Positions 35,662-49,096 of a stretch of DNA of 64,000 bases are shown here, in pieces. Source of the DNA: the human T2T-CHM13v2.0 reference genome, Homo sapiens. Within the stretch, counting starts at the first letter, position 1. Every line of letters starts with the position of its first letter. The stretch lies in NCBI RefSeq assembly GCF_009914755.1, contig NC_060947.1; one strand, written 5' to 3'. A model generated the notes under the pieces. The model had not been told where the DNA came from, ran no database searches, and saw nothing but the letters and a program-made list of their open reading frames with translations. The position numbers and the translations under genes are program-made.

Positions 35662-36659
35662 TAAATGTCCTGGCAGTATTATTAAAATTAATTGACCATA
35701 AATGCAGAAGTTTATTTGTGAACTTTCAATTCTGACCCACTGATATACATATCTGTGCTTATGCTAGTATCATACTGACATAACTATAGCATTATAGTAA
35801 GTTTTAAAATAAGGAAGTGTAAGTCCTTCAACTTTGCTCTTCTTTTTCAAGATCGTTTTGGCTATTTTGGGACCTTTGCCCTGCCATATAAATTTTAGTA
35901 TCAGCTTGTCAGATTTTCTTTTCTTTTTTTTTTTTTTCAGAAACACCTGCTGAAATTTTGATAGGGATTGTATTGGATCTGTAAATCAATTTGGGGAATA
36001 TTGCCATGCCTTTTGATTCATGAGCATGAGCTGTCTGTATTCACCTGTCTCTCCAGTTTTGGGGCCAAGCAGTTTGTCCTGTGACCTAAATTCTCTTATG
36101 GATATGAGCAAAGTTTTTCATTTTTCAGTTTTTTTCACGCCTTTTCCTTGTTATAAGGACAACAGTGATGACTTTCAAGCTCTTTATCTGTCAGACCAGA
36201 GAACAGAAGTCTAAACTAACACTAACGTAGTTCCCGGAAAATATAAAAACTTTGCTTCAATATATATCCATTCTTCTGTCCCCCTTTGTGTTATTATTAT
36301 CATATATATTACATTGATGTGTATTATAAGCCCCCAAAATACAGTGTTATAATGATTGCCCTGTGTAATCTTGCATCTGTAAAGAAGTTAAGAGAAGTTG
36401 AGAGTAAAAATATCTTTATCTTTTTTTACATTAACCTACATGTTTACTCTTTTCATTAATCTTCATTTCTTCCTGTAGATCCTAACTACCATCTGGTGTC
36501 ATTTCTTTTTTCCAATATAGTGCCATTACTCCCCCTTCCTTTGTGTTATCATTGTAATAAATATAACATCTTTCATGTTATGAAGCTATCAATACAGTTT
36601 TATAATTATTATTTTATGCAATTGTGTGTTAAGTCATTTAAAAGGAAAGAAATAGGTTG

Positions 36660-37570
36660 AATCCAGATTTTTGGCTATTGTGAATAGTGCTGTAATAAAC
36701 GTGGGAATGCAGATATCTTTTTGATATATTGATTTCCTTTCTTTTGGATATATATCAAGTAGTGGGATTGCTGGATCATATGGAATTTTCATTTTTAGTT
36801 ATTTGAGGAACTTCTATACTGTTCTCCATAGTAGCTACATTAATTTACATTCCCACCAACAATGTGTGAGGGTCCTCCTTTCTCCACATCATCACCAGCA
36901 CCTGTTATTGTCTGTCTTTTTGATAAAATACATTTTACCTAGAGTGAAATGACATCTCATTGTAGTTTTTATTTTAATTTCTCTGATGATTAGAGATGTT
37001 GAACATTTTGTATACCTGTTGGCCATTTGTACCTATCAAAGGAAGAATGGGTTAAAACATGTGGTTTGCATATCCAATGGAATATTCTTCAGTCATAAAA
37101 AAAAGAATGAAATACTGTCATTTCCAGAAACATGGATGGAACTGGAGGTCATTATGTTAAGTGAAACAAGCCAAGCACAGAAAAACACATTGATTGTTCT
37201 CACTCATATGTGGAAGCTAAAAAATGATCTCATGAAGATAGAGAGTAGATTGGTGGTTACCAGAGACAGGGAAGGATAGGAAGGAAGGGAGATGAAGAGA
37301 ACTTGATCAATGGATGCAAATACATATTTGATACATGTAATAAGACCTAGGGTTTGATCAGTAGGGTAACTACAGTTTTCAATAATCTATTGTACATTCC
37401 AAAATAGCTAGAAGAAAGTAATTCAAATGTTTTTAACGTAAAGAAAAGACAAATATTTAAGGTGATGGATATCCCAAGTACACTGATTTGATCTTTGCAA
37501 ATTATATGAATGTATTGTTATCACATGTACCTTCAAACTATGTATATCTATTAGCATCAATGAAAATATT
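36660..37570 (+). mobile_element. L1MA 3' end with 5' inversion
   Basis: Antisense L1 to about 37031, then sense L1MA 3'UTR (acatggatggaactggaggtcattatgttaagtgaa). Confidence 0.7.
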
Positions 37571-37818
37571 TTTAAGAAGAAGAGAGAAATAATACATATA
37601 TATATACTGTTACATTTACCTATGTAATTATCTTTACCAGTGCTCATTATTTCATTGTATAGATTCATATTAGCATTTGGTGTTATTTCATTTTAGCCTG
37701 CAAAAATTTCCTTAGTATTTCTTGTAAAGACAGGACTACTAGCAATGAATTCTTTCAGTCTTTGTTTACCTGAGAATATCTTTTTTCACACTCTCACTTT
37801 TGAAGTATGGTTTTACTA

Positions 37819-37909
37819 TTAGGTTGGTGCAAAAGTAATTGCAGTTTTTTACTTTTAATGTTCATTACTTATAATGGCAAAAAACTCAATTACTTTTGCA
37901 CCAGCCTAA
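37819..37909. mobile_element. MADE1 (Hsmar1 MITE); partial copies also at about 30791-30835 and 53688-53718
   Basis: Terminal inverted repeats ttaggttggtgcaaaagtaattg / caattacttttgcaccagcctaa flanked by TA. Confidence 0.92.
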
Positions 37910-39377
37910 TAGATATGCAATTTTGGCTTGACATTTTTTTCTTTCTTTCTACGCCTTGACAGTCATCCCTTTGTTTTCTGGCCTCCATTGTTTCTGATGA
38001 CAAATCAGCTATAATATTATTGTGACTTTCTTGTATTTGATGATTCCATTTTGTCTTAGTGCCTTCCAGGTTTGCTGTCTTTGGTTTTCAACAGTTTGTG
38101 ATGTGCTAACATCTCTTACTCTTTATTCTATTTACAGTTAGTTGAGATTCTTAGATATTTAGATTAGCATTTTTCATCCAATTTGGGATGTTTGGGGACA
38201 TCATTTCTTCAAATATGTTTTAACAGGTTTATTTCAATATAACTCACATATCATACAACTCATCCATTTAAAATGTATAATGCAGTGGGTTTTAGTATTT
38301 TCACAGAATTGTGCATTAGTCACCACAACCAATTCTACAACATTTTAGTCACCTCTAAAAGAAACCATACTTCTCTTAACTGTCACCCCAATCTCCCCAT
38401 ACCTCTGAGCTCTAGGCAATCACTAATATACATTTTGTTTGTATAGATTTGCCTATTATGGACATTTCACATAAGTGAAATTATATAAAATATGTCATTA
38501 TTTGTGACTGGGTTCTTAAAGTTAGCATGTTTTCAAGATTCATCCATGTTGGAGCATGTATCAGTACTTCATTTATTTTTATGCTGAATGATAGTCCATT
38601 GTATGAATATACCACCTTTATCCATTCATAAGTTGGTGGACATTCAAGTTGTTTTACCTTTTTGGCTATTATGAATAATGTTGCTATGAAAATTCATGCA
38701 CAAGTTTTTGTGTGGATATATGTTTTCATTTCTGTGTACATGACTAGGAGTGGAATTTGCTGGATTATATGATAACACTATGTTTAACAATGTGAATACC
38801 TGCTAGACCATTTTCAAAAGTGGCTGCACCATTTTATATCCCCACCAGCAAAGTATAAAGTTTGCAGTTTCTCCACATCCTTGCCAACACTTACTATTTT
38901 TATTATAGACATCCTAGTGGGTGTGAAGTGGTATCTTATTGTGGTATTGATTTGTATTTCTCTAATGGCTAATGATGTTGAGTATCTTCATCTGCTTATT
39001 GGCCATTTGTATATCTCCTTTGGAAAAATGTCTCTATCCAGTTCCTTTGCCCATTTTAAGTTCAGGTGTCTTATAACTTTTGAGTTGTAAGCATTTATTT
39101 ATATATTCCATATACAATTTCCTTTTAATACATATGATTTGCAAAAATGTTCTCTAATTCTGTGGGTTGCCTTTTCACCTTGATGGTATCCTTTGAAGCA
39201 TAAAAGCTTTTATTTTGATAAATCCAATTTATGTACTTTTTATTTTGTTACTTACATTTTTGTTGTCATAAAAAATAAACCATTTCTTAATTCAAAGTCA
39301 CAAAGACGACTTTTGTTTCCTTCTAAGACTTTTAGAGTTTATCTCTTACTTTTAGATCTTTGATCATTTTGAATTAA

Positions 39378-39803
<426 letters not shown>

Positions 39804-42800
39804 TAGGTTTATTTCTGGATTCTCAACTGTACTCCAACAGACATCTATATGTCTATCTTTTTACCAATACCACCATTGTGATAAATGTAGCTTTGTAGTA
39901 AGTTTTAAAATTGGGAAATTGAATTCCTCCAACTTTTTATTTTCCACGATTGTTTGGCTATTCTGAATCCATGCATTTTATTTGGATTTTAGAATGAACT
40001 TGTCATTTTCAGAAAAGAAGTGAAGTGGTATTTTGATACGGGTTGTGTGGAATCTGTAGATAAAATTGGGGCATAATGCCATCTTAATAATATTCTGTCT
40101 TCAGATCCATGAACAGGAAATTTTCTCTCATTTGTTTAGATTTCATTTTATTTCTTTCAATGATAGTTTATAGTTTTAAGTATACAAGTTATCTATTATT
40201 GGTTAAATTTATCTCCAAATGTTTTATTCTTAATGGTATTATAAATGGAATTGTTTTATAAATTGTATTTTCAGATTGTTCATCACAAGTGTATAGAAAT
40301 GAATTGATGTTTGCATATTTATCTTGTATATTACCACCCTGTTGAACTTGTTTAATAGTTCCAACCATCCTATGGGGCCTGTTTATGGATTCTAATGGGG
40401 AAGGAATGGCTGAAACCTCTTGAATGATAATGCTGTTTATCTCTTGAGTGTATGGCCTCCAGTGCCCAGAGAACGGAAGTACTCAGACCCTGCTTACTTG
40501 CAGCTGCCCACATCCCATGAGGATGTGGGTACTCACTCACAGACTAAACCCAGCAGTCACCTTCATTCATTAATAACCACATGCTGAAAGACAAGAATGT
40601 GCCATGCTGTGTGCCAGGCAGCATGACAATGCCTACATTAGCTCTAAGGCTCAGCCAGCCCCTATTTCTCTGTCTCATATTTAAACGGTTGTGAAGAGGA
40701 CTTACTCCAGCCACAGAGATTTCCTTCCTAGGAAAGCTGCCCCATTGGGGCCACACCAATATGGGTGACCTGCTTCCATCTCTGCTCATCAAGGTCTGTT
40801 GATAAGTTCAAACTGTAGAGAGGGCCCCTCAGAGAGGATACTTCCCAGTATGACATCCCCATAATGGCTGGCCAAAACTTCTCCTCAGCTTCTTTGTGTG
40901 ATCCTCTCTCCCATACTCTCTGCACACTCCTCTCCCTGGGTCTAATACATCACCCAAGATCCCCTATATTAATTTACCCTCAGAGAATGTAAACATAATT
41001 TATGTACACAGCCACGTGTGTGATTACACATTGAAGCAGAGATTCCAAAGAATTATGTATTTTGGGCAAAATAAATAAGACCTCGAAAAGCATGGAAGGA
41101 GAAAATAACATAATACTTTTTCTTCCCATATTACTTGAAATAATATTGCTCTTTATGACATTCCTATATTAATTTTGCCCCACCACATACATACATTTTC
41201 CAGACCATGGGAATTTTTGAGACATTTTTTGTAAAGCTACAGTTTTTTTTTTTTAAAAAAAGAAGAAAAACAGAAAGAATTATTCAATGTTTTGGTGTCT
41301 TAAACCTCTTGTTTTGTGAGAGGATAATGATTCCTGTCTTCAAGAGGGGGCAAGTTCTTGGAGTGATTCTCAATCACCAGTAGAACTTGATAGCCTTGTC
41401 AATGGAAACAGTCAAACAATCATAATTTTTTCACAGGGATAAGTGAATGAATGGATAGATATTATCCCAGGCGTCCCAGTTTGAAAACATCATTTCTAAA
41501 TGGCTTGGTAGCATCTGAATAGCAAATTCTGTGTGGATAGAACATGATTGAGCTTGGTCAAGCACTCTGAATAATAGCAAAATGAATACCTAGAAAAAGT
41601 AGCAAAACTCTCATTCACAGATATGTGTCTATGGCATCAGGGAATTATCTCCACAATGTCTTTGGCCAGCAACCACAGTTCTATCTGGTAGTCAGATCTA
41701 AACTCTGAAGAAATAATAAGTGCAAAAAAGAAATATGTAAAAGATATTGATAGTGAGTGTTAAATTTTGCCTAAGCTTGTCAAAGCAGTCTGTGTTGTAA
41801 TACAACTCACTGAGCTGATGAAAGGAGTTGAGGCTACAAAGGAGGGGAAAAGCCTCTGAATAATCTCTGATAGGATACAGAGATAAAACAAATGAAAGAG
41901 CAAGTATTAACACATGAGGAGAGTGCTCTGATTGAGAATATGACCCCAGAATGCAGGCAAAAACTCGCTGGTAGATTGGAGTCCATGAAACTTAGAGTCA
42001 GAGAAAATTTAAGGGGAGTATATAATTTTCAGACGGACAGGTTTGATTAATTATAAACAATTTCCTTTGAAATCCACTTCCTACTAATGAAGGCTTAGGA
42101 AACTGAACAGCAATTTATCTTTACTACTCTCAGTGCTCCTGGTTCTTCTCTGCCGCCATGAATGACTGGCAGATACATGGGCACTTTTCTTCTTACTAAC
42201 ATTTGTGCCAATTCATTGTATAAAGGAACTATGTAGCATCCTGTAGAAACCAATGTGTTCTTTCCTTAATTGGTCCTACACCAGGATGACCTCAGACCCC
42301 TGTAGTGTCCAGTCAGTTATCTCTGAGCCCTGTCTATTCACCTGAGAGGACCCCAGTCTTCACTCCAGTCATACTAGACTCCCTCTCCCTTCTACCCATC
42401 CAGCCTCCATAAGTCCTGCCCATTGTTCTGGGTACAGCTCCTCTTCAAGGAGACTCTGACATCTCCAGTGAGGCTTCCCTTCTCTTTTATACATTAATGC
42501 AGTTTTACAGAGGTCATCATAACTTCCACACAGACCTAGACCTTGTTCAGTGGTTATCTTGATATTTCACAGCACATAGGCCACAGGGGATGTTGAGAGT
42601 GACCACATAAATGCTCACTGATTCTGGCGATCATGGTATCTCTGGGACAGAGGTTCTGTGGTGCAGTGGTTAAGAGTACTGGCCCTAAAGCCATGTCATA
42701 CTGTTCATATCATCATGTTCACATCCAAGATGTGGCCCTCACTAACTTAACAACTCTATTGATGATGAAAATAATGATGGTGTAGGTGAAATCCTGCTCC

Positions 42801-44269
42801 CTGTACCAAGAGGCCTAGGTGTTGGGGGTCATGGGTAATGACTAGTCCCTGAGGTGCTGTGTCATTCAGGCAGAAACACAGGTTGTTGACATAGAAAAAC
42901 TGAAGTAAGGGGTAGGGTATTAAAACTTTTAGAAATACTATATTCCAGGTATTATACATTTTTTATCTCCCTTGATCCTACCATTTTTATTACCATGACT
43001 CATATCAAGTGTTACGAGAAGTGACTTTCCCCAGAGAAAAAATACTGTGAATTACTTTTCAGGGACTCAAGCCCTGGAAATACTAAACATCCCAATATTT
43101 TTCTATCCCATCATGTGGACTTTCAATAGACTTTCAATGTCCTCACGTATATTGTTTGTATTTGCTCTTAAATAGCGAACTATACTACATTTTAAAATTA
43201 AAAAAACTATAAAATTTGAAATGTCTTATGTATAGAGATATATGTATATATACATATGGCTTTATATACATATAACTACATATCAATGTCTTTGGTATAG
43301 CTTTCTCCATATATAGCATACACAAGTTGTGCATAAATAGAATATAAATTATTTATAAGTGCATATATATATGCACACATATATACATACATACATACAC
43401 ACAAAAAAGGTGTAGGAAAATATTTATGATCTATATTGAAGACATGGGGTTAGTATGCTTGGCATACAAAGATCTCTTAACAAATAGAGAAATTGGCAAA
43501 TAATAACAGAATGCACAAAGAACTATGTAAATATACAATAAATATTTGAAAATATGCTCAACCAAATGAAATGGCAAATAAAAATCCAGAGATATCATAA
43601 TAAGGAAAAGAGGTAAGGTAATATATTACTCAGAGGGTAATCACGATTTTGCAAAGAAATGTATTTTACATGTTTATACATTGGAGTGTTTTGATATCTG
43701 AGAATACATTACAGAAAGAGAAACAATCTGAAGAATATGCACCAAGTGATTAATAGTGAATGGATAATTAAGTACCTAAAATTGCTACTAACAATTGCTA
43801 ACATGTGTTGGATCTTTCAGCTCTCAAGCAATGCCGTGAGGTGTACTTAGAGAAAGCATTAAGTCACTTTTCTTTTTGGTAGAATGTAAGATTAGAAGTA
43901 TGAGTATTCCTTTAACAATAAAAATCAACTTGAATCTCCAATGGGCTTTCTGGCTAAAAGTTGAAGGCCAAGTAAAAATCTTGGAGCAAGGGCATTTTTT
44001 TTTCTCCTTGCTTCAACTTACTGTTCATAGCGCCTGCCACCCAAAAAAGAGAAATGAAGCCTGGCGCTAATAATATACTTAGGTTATTCTCTGATATCCT
44101 CATTTTTTAAGGTGTATATAAGATACCTTTTCTGCTTTGGATCTTTCAAATGTCTGAAATGTTCCTAAGATAATTACATAAGTCATAAAACAGCAGTTAT
44201 TATGAAAATGAATGATGATTTTAAAATTTTATCAGTTGATAGACATACTTTAGCAGTAAGATCATTACT

Positions 44270-45957
44270 CAAGGGGAACTACAAACCACTGCTCAAGGAA
44301 ATCAAAGAGGAAACAAGCAGATAGAAAAACATTCCATGCTCATGGATAGGAAGAATCAATATCGTGAAAATGGCCATACTGCCCAAAGTAATTTATAGAT
44401 TCAATGCTATTCCCATCAAACTACCATTGACATTTCTCACCGAATTAGAAGAAACTATTTTAAAATTCACGCAGAGCCAAAAAAGAGCTCGTATAGCCAA
44501 GACAATCCTAAGTAAAAAGAACAAAGCTGGAGGCATCACACTACCTGACTTCAAACTATACTACAAGGCTACAGTAACCTTGTAGAACAGCATGGTTCTG
44601 GTACAAAAACAGACACATAGACCAGTCGAACAGAATAGAGAACTCAGAAATAAGACTGCACATATACAGCTATTTGATCTTCGACAAACCTGACAAAAAC
44701 AAGCAATGGGGAAAGGATTACCTATTTAATAAATGGTGCTGGGAAAACTGGCTAGCCATATGTAGAAAACTGAAACTTGACCCCTTGCTTACACCTTATA
44801 CAAAATTTAACTCAAGATGGATTAAAGACTTAAATGTCAAACTCAAAACTATAAAAACCCTGGAAGAAAATTTAGGCAATACCATTCAGGACACAGGCAC
44901 AGGCAAATTGCCAAAAGCAATTGCAACAAAAGCAAAATTTGACAAATGGGATCTAATTAAACTAAAGAGCTTCTGCACAGAAAAAGAAACTATCATCGGA
45001 GTGAACAGGTAACCTACAGAAGAGAAAATTTTTGCAGTCTATCTATCTGACAAAGGTCTAATATCCAGAATCTACAAGGAACTTACATTTACGAGAAAAA
45101 AACAAACAACCCCATTAAAAAGTGGGCAAAGGACATGAACAGACACTTCTCAAAAGAAGACATTTATGTGGCCAACAAACACATGGAAAAAAGCTCAACA
45201 TCACTGATCATTAGAGAAATGCAAATCAAAATCACAATGAGATACCATCTCACACCAGTCATAACGGCAATTAATACAAAGTTAAGAAACAAGAGATGCT
45301 GGCAAAGTTGCGGAGAAATGGGAACGCTTTTACATTGGTGGGAATGTAAATTAGTTCAACCATTGTGGAAGACGGTGTGGCAATTCCTCAAATATCTAGA
45401 ACCAGAAATACCATTTGACCCAGCAATCCCATTACTGGGTATATACCCAAAGGAATATAAATCATTCTATTACAAAGATACACGCACACGTATATTCATT
45501 GCCGCACTATTCACAATAGCAAAGACGTGGCATCAACCCAAATGCCCATCAGTGATAACATTAAGAAAATGTGGTGCATATACACCATGAAATACCATGC
45601 AGCCATAATAAAGAATGAGATCATGTCCTTTGTAGGGACATGGATCGAGCTGGAAGCCATTATCCTCAGCAAACTAATGCAGCAACAGAAAACAAATACT
45701 GCATGTTCTCCCTTATAAGTGGAAGCTGAACAATGAGAACACATGTACACAGGGAGGGGAAAAACACGCACTGGGACCTGTCAGGGGTTGTGGGGGGCGG
45801 TGAGGGAAAGCCTTAGGAAAAATAGCTAATGCATGCCAGGCTTAATACCTAGGTCATAGGTTGATTGGTGCAGCAAGCCACCACGGCACACGTTTGCCTA
45901 TTTAACAAACACGCACATCCTGCACATGTATCCTAGAACTTAAAAAAAAAAAAAAGA
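44270..45957 (+). mobile_element. 5'-truncated L1PA7/8-like element
   Basis: ORF2 C-terminal fragments ([20 protein letters not shown]; HFSKEDIY), 3'UTR and A-tail. Confidence 0.92.
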
Positions 45958-46049
45958 AAATGAAAATTAAGGGCTGGGAGGGAGGACTCGAAGGAACACA
46001 AAGTTTGTGGAATCGATTAGTATGTATCCTCCTATCTCAGTCTTGACTC

Positions 46050-46900
46050 TCTTTGCTGACTTTCCTACCCTGGGCCCCACCCCGAGACCGCCCATTTCAG
46101 TGGGCCTCTGTGTTTGGAGAACGAACTTCGAAAGACTGGAACACTTCCGCCTGTCAGGCCAGAAGAGATTTCCTGACACCACAGCTGGAAACCCATGTGC
46201 ATTTCAGTTCAGGAAAGAATGGTAGGCTTGGTGGGGGGAGCTCCCGCAAAAGGGGAACTAATACAGAAACACTCTGGTATTTGTCTGCCTCTCTTGTTCC
46301 AGCGCCGTTTTCCCTATATCCGGAATTCGTCCCTGCGCATTCCAATACCTGAAGCGGCCACAGGGTACAGGACAGGGAGCCCTCCGACAGAAAAGAGTCG
46401 CGGCGCTAAACAAAGCCTGATATCACTCCGCTTCCATAAGCCGGATCCCCATAAACTACGCTCTAGCTCCTCCCACTGCCGTTGTGGGTAACGCGGACGT
46501 GGAAGAACCTCGTCTGCGGAGGAAAAGGTAGATGTTAAATGGTAACTACGCGCGAGGTTCTGAGGAGCCCTGGGAACAGGAAGGAGAAAAGAATACCAAA
46601 AGTGACAACAGTTTGCCAATCGCAGTCTTTAATCTGATAAAGCGGTTATCTCGTCTTGAGTCCCAGGTGCCGAGTCAATCCCCATACACAGCCGCCGCCA
46701 TTGCCTCGAGTCCTTGTGTCTGACTGTCTGTTCCTGCTGCTGTATGACACAGCACCTCGAGGCAAGGAAATAAGAAAACTGCCTCTGATCCAAGCAGAGA
46801 AGGTCAGTGAGAAGGTGCGCATCGCTTGGGGGTGGATGTGGGTATCAGAGGTGAACACTGGATACGCGACCTGGTCATGGGAGGCGGGCGGTGAGAAGGA
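46050..46900 (+). promoter_or_regulatory. CpG-enriched promoter and first exon of ARMCX5
   Basis: Clear local rise in CpG; ETS-like acttccg near 46143; YY1-like gccgccatt near 46694; donors at 46802/46803 and 46814/46815. Confidence 0.8.
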
Positions 46901-47890
46901 GAGAGAGATGGGTAATTGGAATGGCACACAACAATTAAAAAAAAATGATCTACCTTTTGCTAGCTTGATTTCCATACACTCGGTTCACCTCAGACCATGC
47001 TTGGGAAGAAAAAGGTTGCAGCTTCTAGCAGGGAAAAGGCAGACTAGATGAGGAAGAGAGGGCTACTTCCACAGGCGAGGACAGTTGTCTGGGGAGCCCT
47101 GAGAGGGAGAGAATGTAAAAAGAGGTTGTAAATGTTTGATAATCAAGGCTCTGGATTTGAAAAGGGTCTCATGTCTTGGTTACTGGTCTGACCATTAATA
47201 ACCACGTCTCTCTCTCTGTCTTTTCATTTGTTCTTTGGGTGTGTATCACGCGTTTTTATGTGTAAATCTGTTCCTAAGTTTGCAGCACTCCATGTTTCTG
47301 TAAAGATCTGTAGGGGACAGCAGACCTCAAGGGGAGAGGAGAAGGAAAAGAAAATTGGCCTGGTTTGTACAGAGTGGGCAGTACTTGGGAGGCAGTACTT
47401 GGAGGTGGTAGATGGCTAAGATTAGAGTAGGCAGGAGTGTAAGGGAGCCTCCAGAACTCTCTGCCAGCTTTCCTAACATGTCCTCCCTTACCCGCATTAT
47501 GTTGCAGAAAATGATAGGCTTTGGGAGAGAGGAAGGAAACATAGGAACCCAGATGAAATATGGAAATAAATACTTTTCATTTTTTCCCCAGCCTCCGTGG
47601 TTTGTCTAGGCATTTCGTCCCTACTAACACCACTACTACTACCTTGTAGGGATGTTTGAGTTGTCTCTGTATAGGAATTGTCAGACTTTGAGAATAGAGC
47701 AGAGGGGCTTGGAGATTTAGGAGTGGGAGAAAAAGGGGAGATAGAAAATGTTTGCCAAACAGGTACTTATATCCAGAAAGAAACTGTGCCCTAGGTGCTG
47801 GTCTCTACCAAAAACAGCCTCAACTGTCTCCTGTGTCTTCATTTATTGGTCTCTGTTTTTGTGAATCCCTGTAGGTAGATCTGTCCCCAG

Positions 47891-48464
47891 GTCTGTGGAA
47901 CTGTCAGTTGTGAAGTTTTGTAAAATGGTCACCCAACTTAAAACTAGGAAATTACGAAGAAGAGAAAATTGCCCTGTATCTGTTAAGGTTGGTGTAAAGG
48001 TACAGGGACAGGGGGGCAACTTCGACTAGAGAATTCCATCTCTTCTGTTTTGTCATTTTACCAATTATTCCCATCTGCCCCACCCCCTGCTGCTGCTGAT
48101 TTAGTTGGGAGTCTTGGTAAGTTGTGGGGGTACAGAATGCTAAGCTGCCTTTCCCACTCTCCACTGCTTGTCCTGCTCTCACGCTTGAACCTAGTCTAAT
48201 CTGAACGAGGGACATTCTAGGGCAATCACTGAAGAGGAAGATGGTGGGCAATAGGAAGGAGGAGGAGGAGTAGCCCTGAAACAAAGCAGTGGGGGAGAGG
48301 GGATAGGAGGAGGGAAACACTAGACAAAATCTGGAAAGGCAAGAATAAGGGCAAGGGACCAAGGTCTGTCACCAGGAGATCAGTTTCCACATTCTCCTGT
48401 TTGTTTATTTGTCCATAGGTCTGCCTGTAGATCTGCTGTAGGGCTTGTCACCATTGGAAGCAAG
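47891..48464 (+). other. ARMCX5: ARMCX5 5'UTR exons 47891-47999 and 48419-48464; last exon acceptor at 48834/48835
   Basis: ccccag|GTC..AAAG|gtacag; tccatag|GTC..CAAG|gtaagg; ccctag|GTCC, each acceptor preceded by a pyrimidine tract. Confidence 0.65.
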
Positions 48465-49096
48465 GTAAGGAGGAGAAAGTTACTCCAGATCAGTGCAGGT
48501 TGGTATGAGTGTGGGGATTGCCTGGGTAGACCTGTAGGATGGAGTAGTGGAGAGCTGCTTGGCTCCAGCAGGGGTCAAGAACCACTAAAGGGATTCCTCA
48601 GCTTCTCATCCAGTTTTCCTACTCCTTATGCTCCTGTTTGGTGACTGGAAAGAAGGCTGATGGCACTTGGAAGTGTAGGGAGTGGGTGAAATGAAGGGAG
48701 AGAGAGTTTGCTAATTATCTACCTCTCTCACCTAGCACTGAATCTCCATATTCTCCTGTCTCCCTGTGCTGATCAGCATGAGGAGAAAAAAGTTGGAAGA
48801 GACTCAAAGCCCCATTTCCTTCCTCCACCCCTAGGTCCTACTTCAGTGGCAGATCTGGTGGCCTTGGAGTGGCTGAAGACCACCACCCTCCACAGGGCTG
48901 GGCCCATGCACAGCCATCCTTCCCTACCTTGAGTGAGCTTCCTCTGCATGTTTTCTATATCACTGGCAGAGCCTGTAGTTGGAAAGGGGACAGAGTGACT
49001 ACTGGACTTTGTGTGAAAACACCAACCGGGACAAAACTTCAGTCAAGGCTGAGACGGGTGGGGGTATATAACTTGTCCTTACGTTAAACTTGGAAC

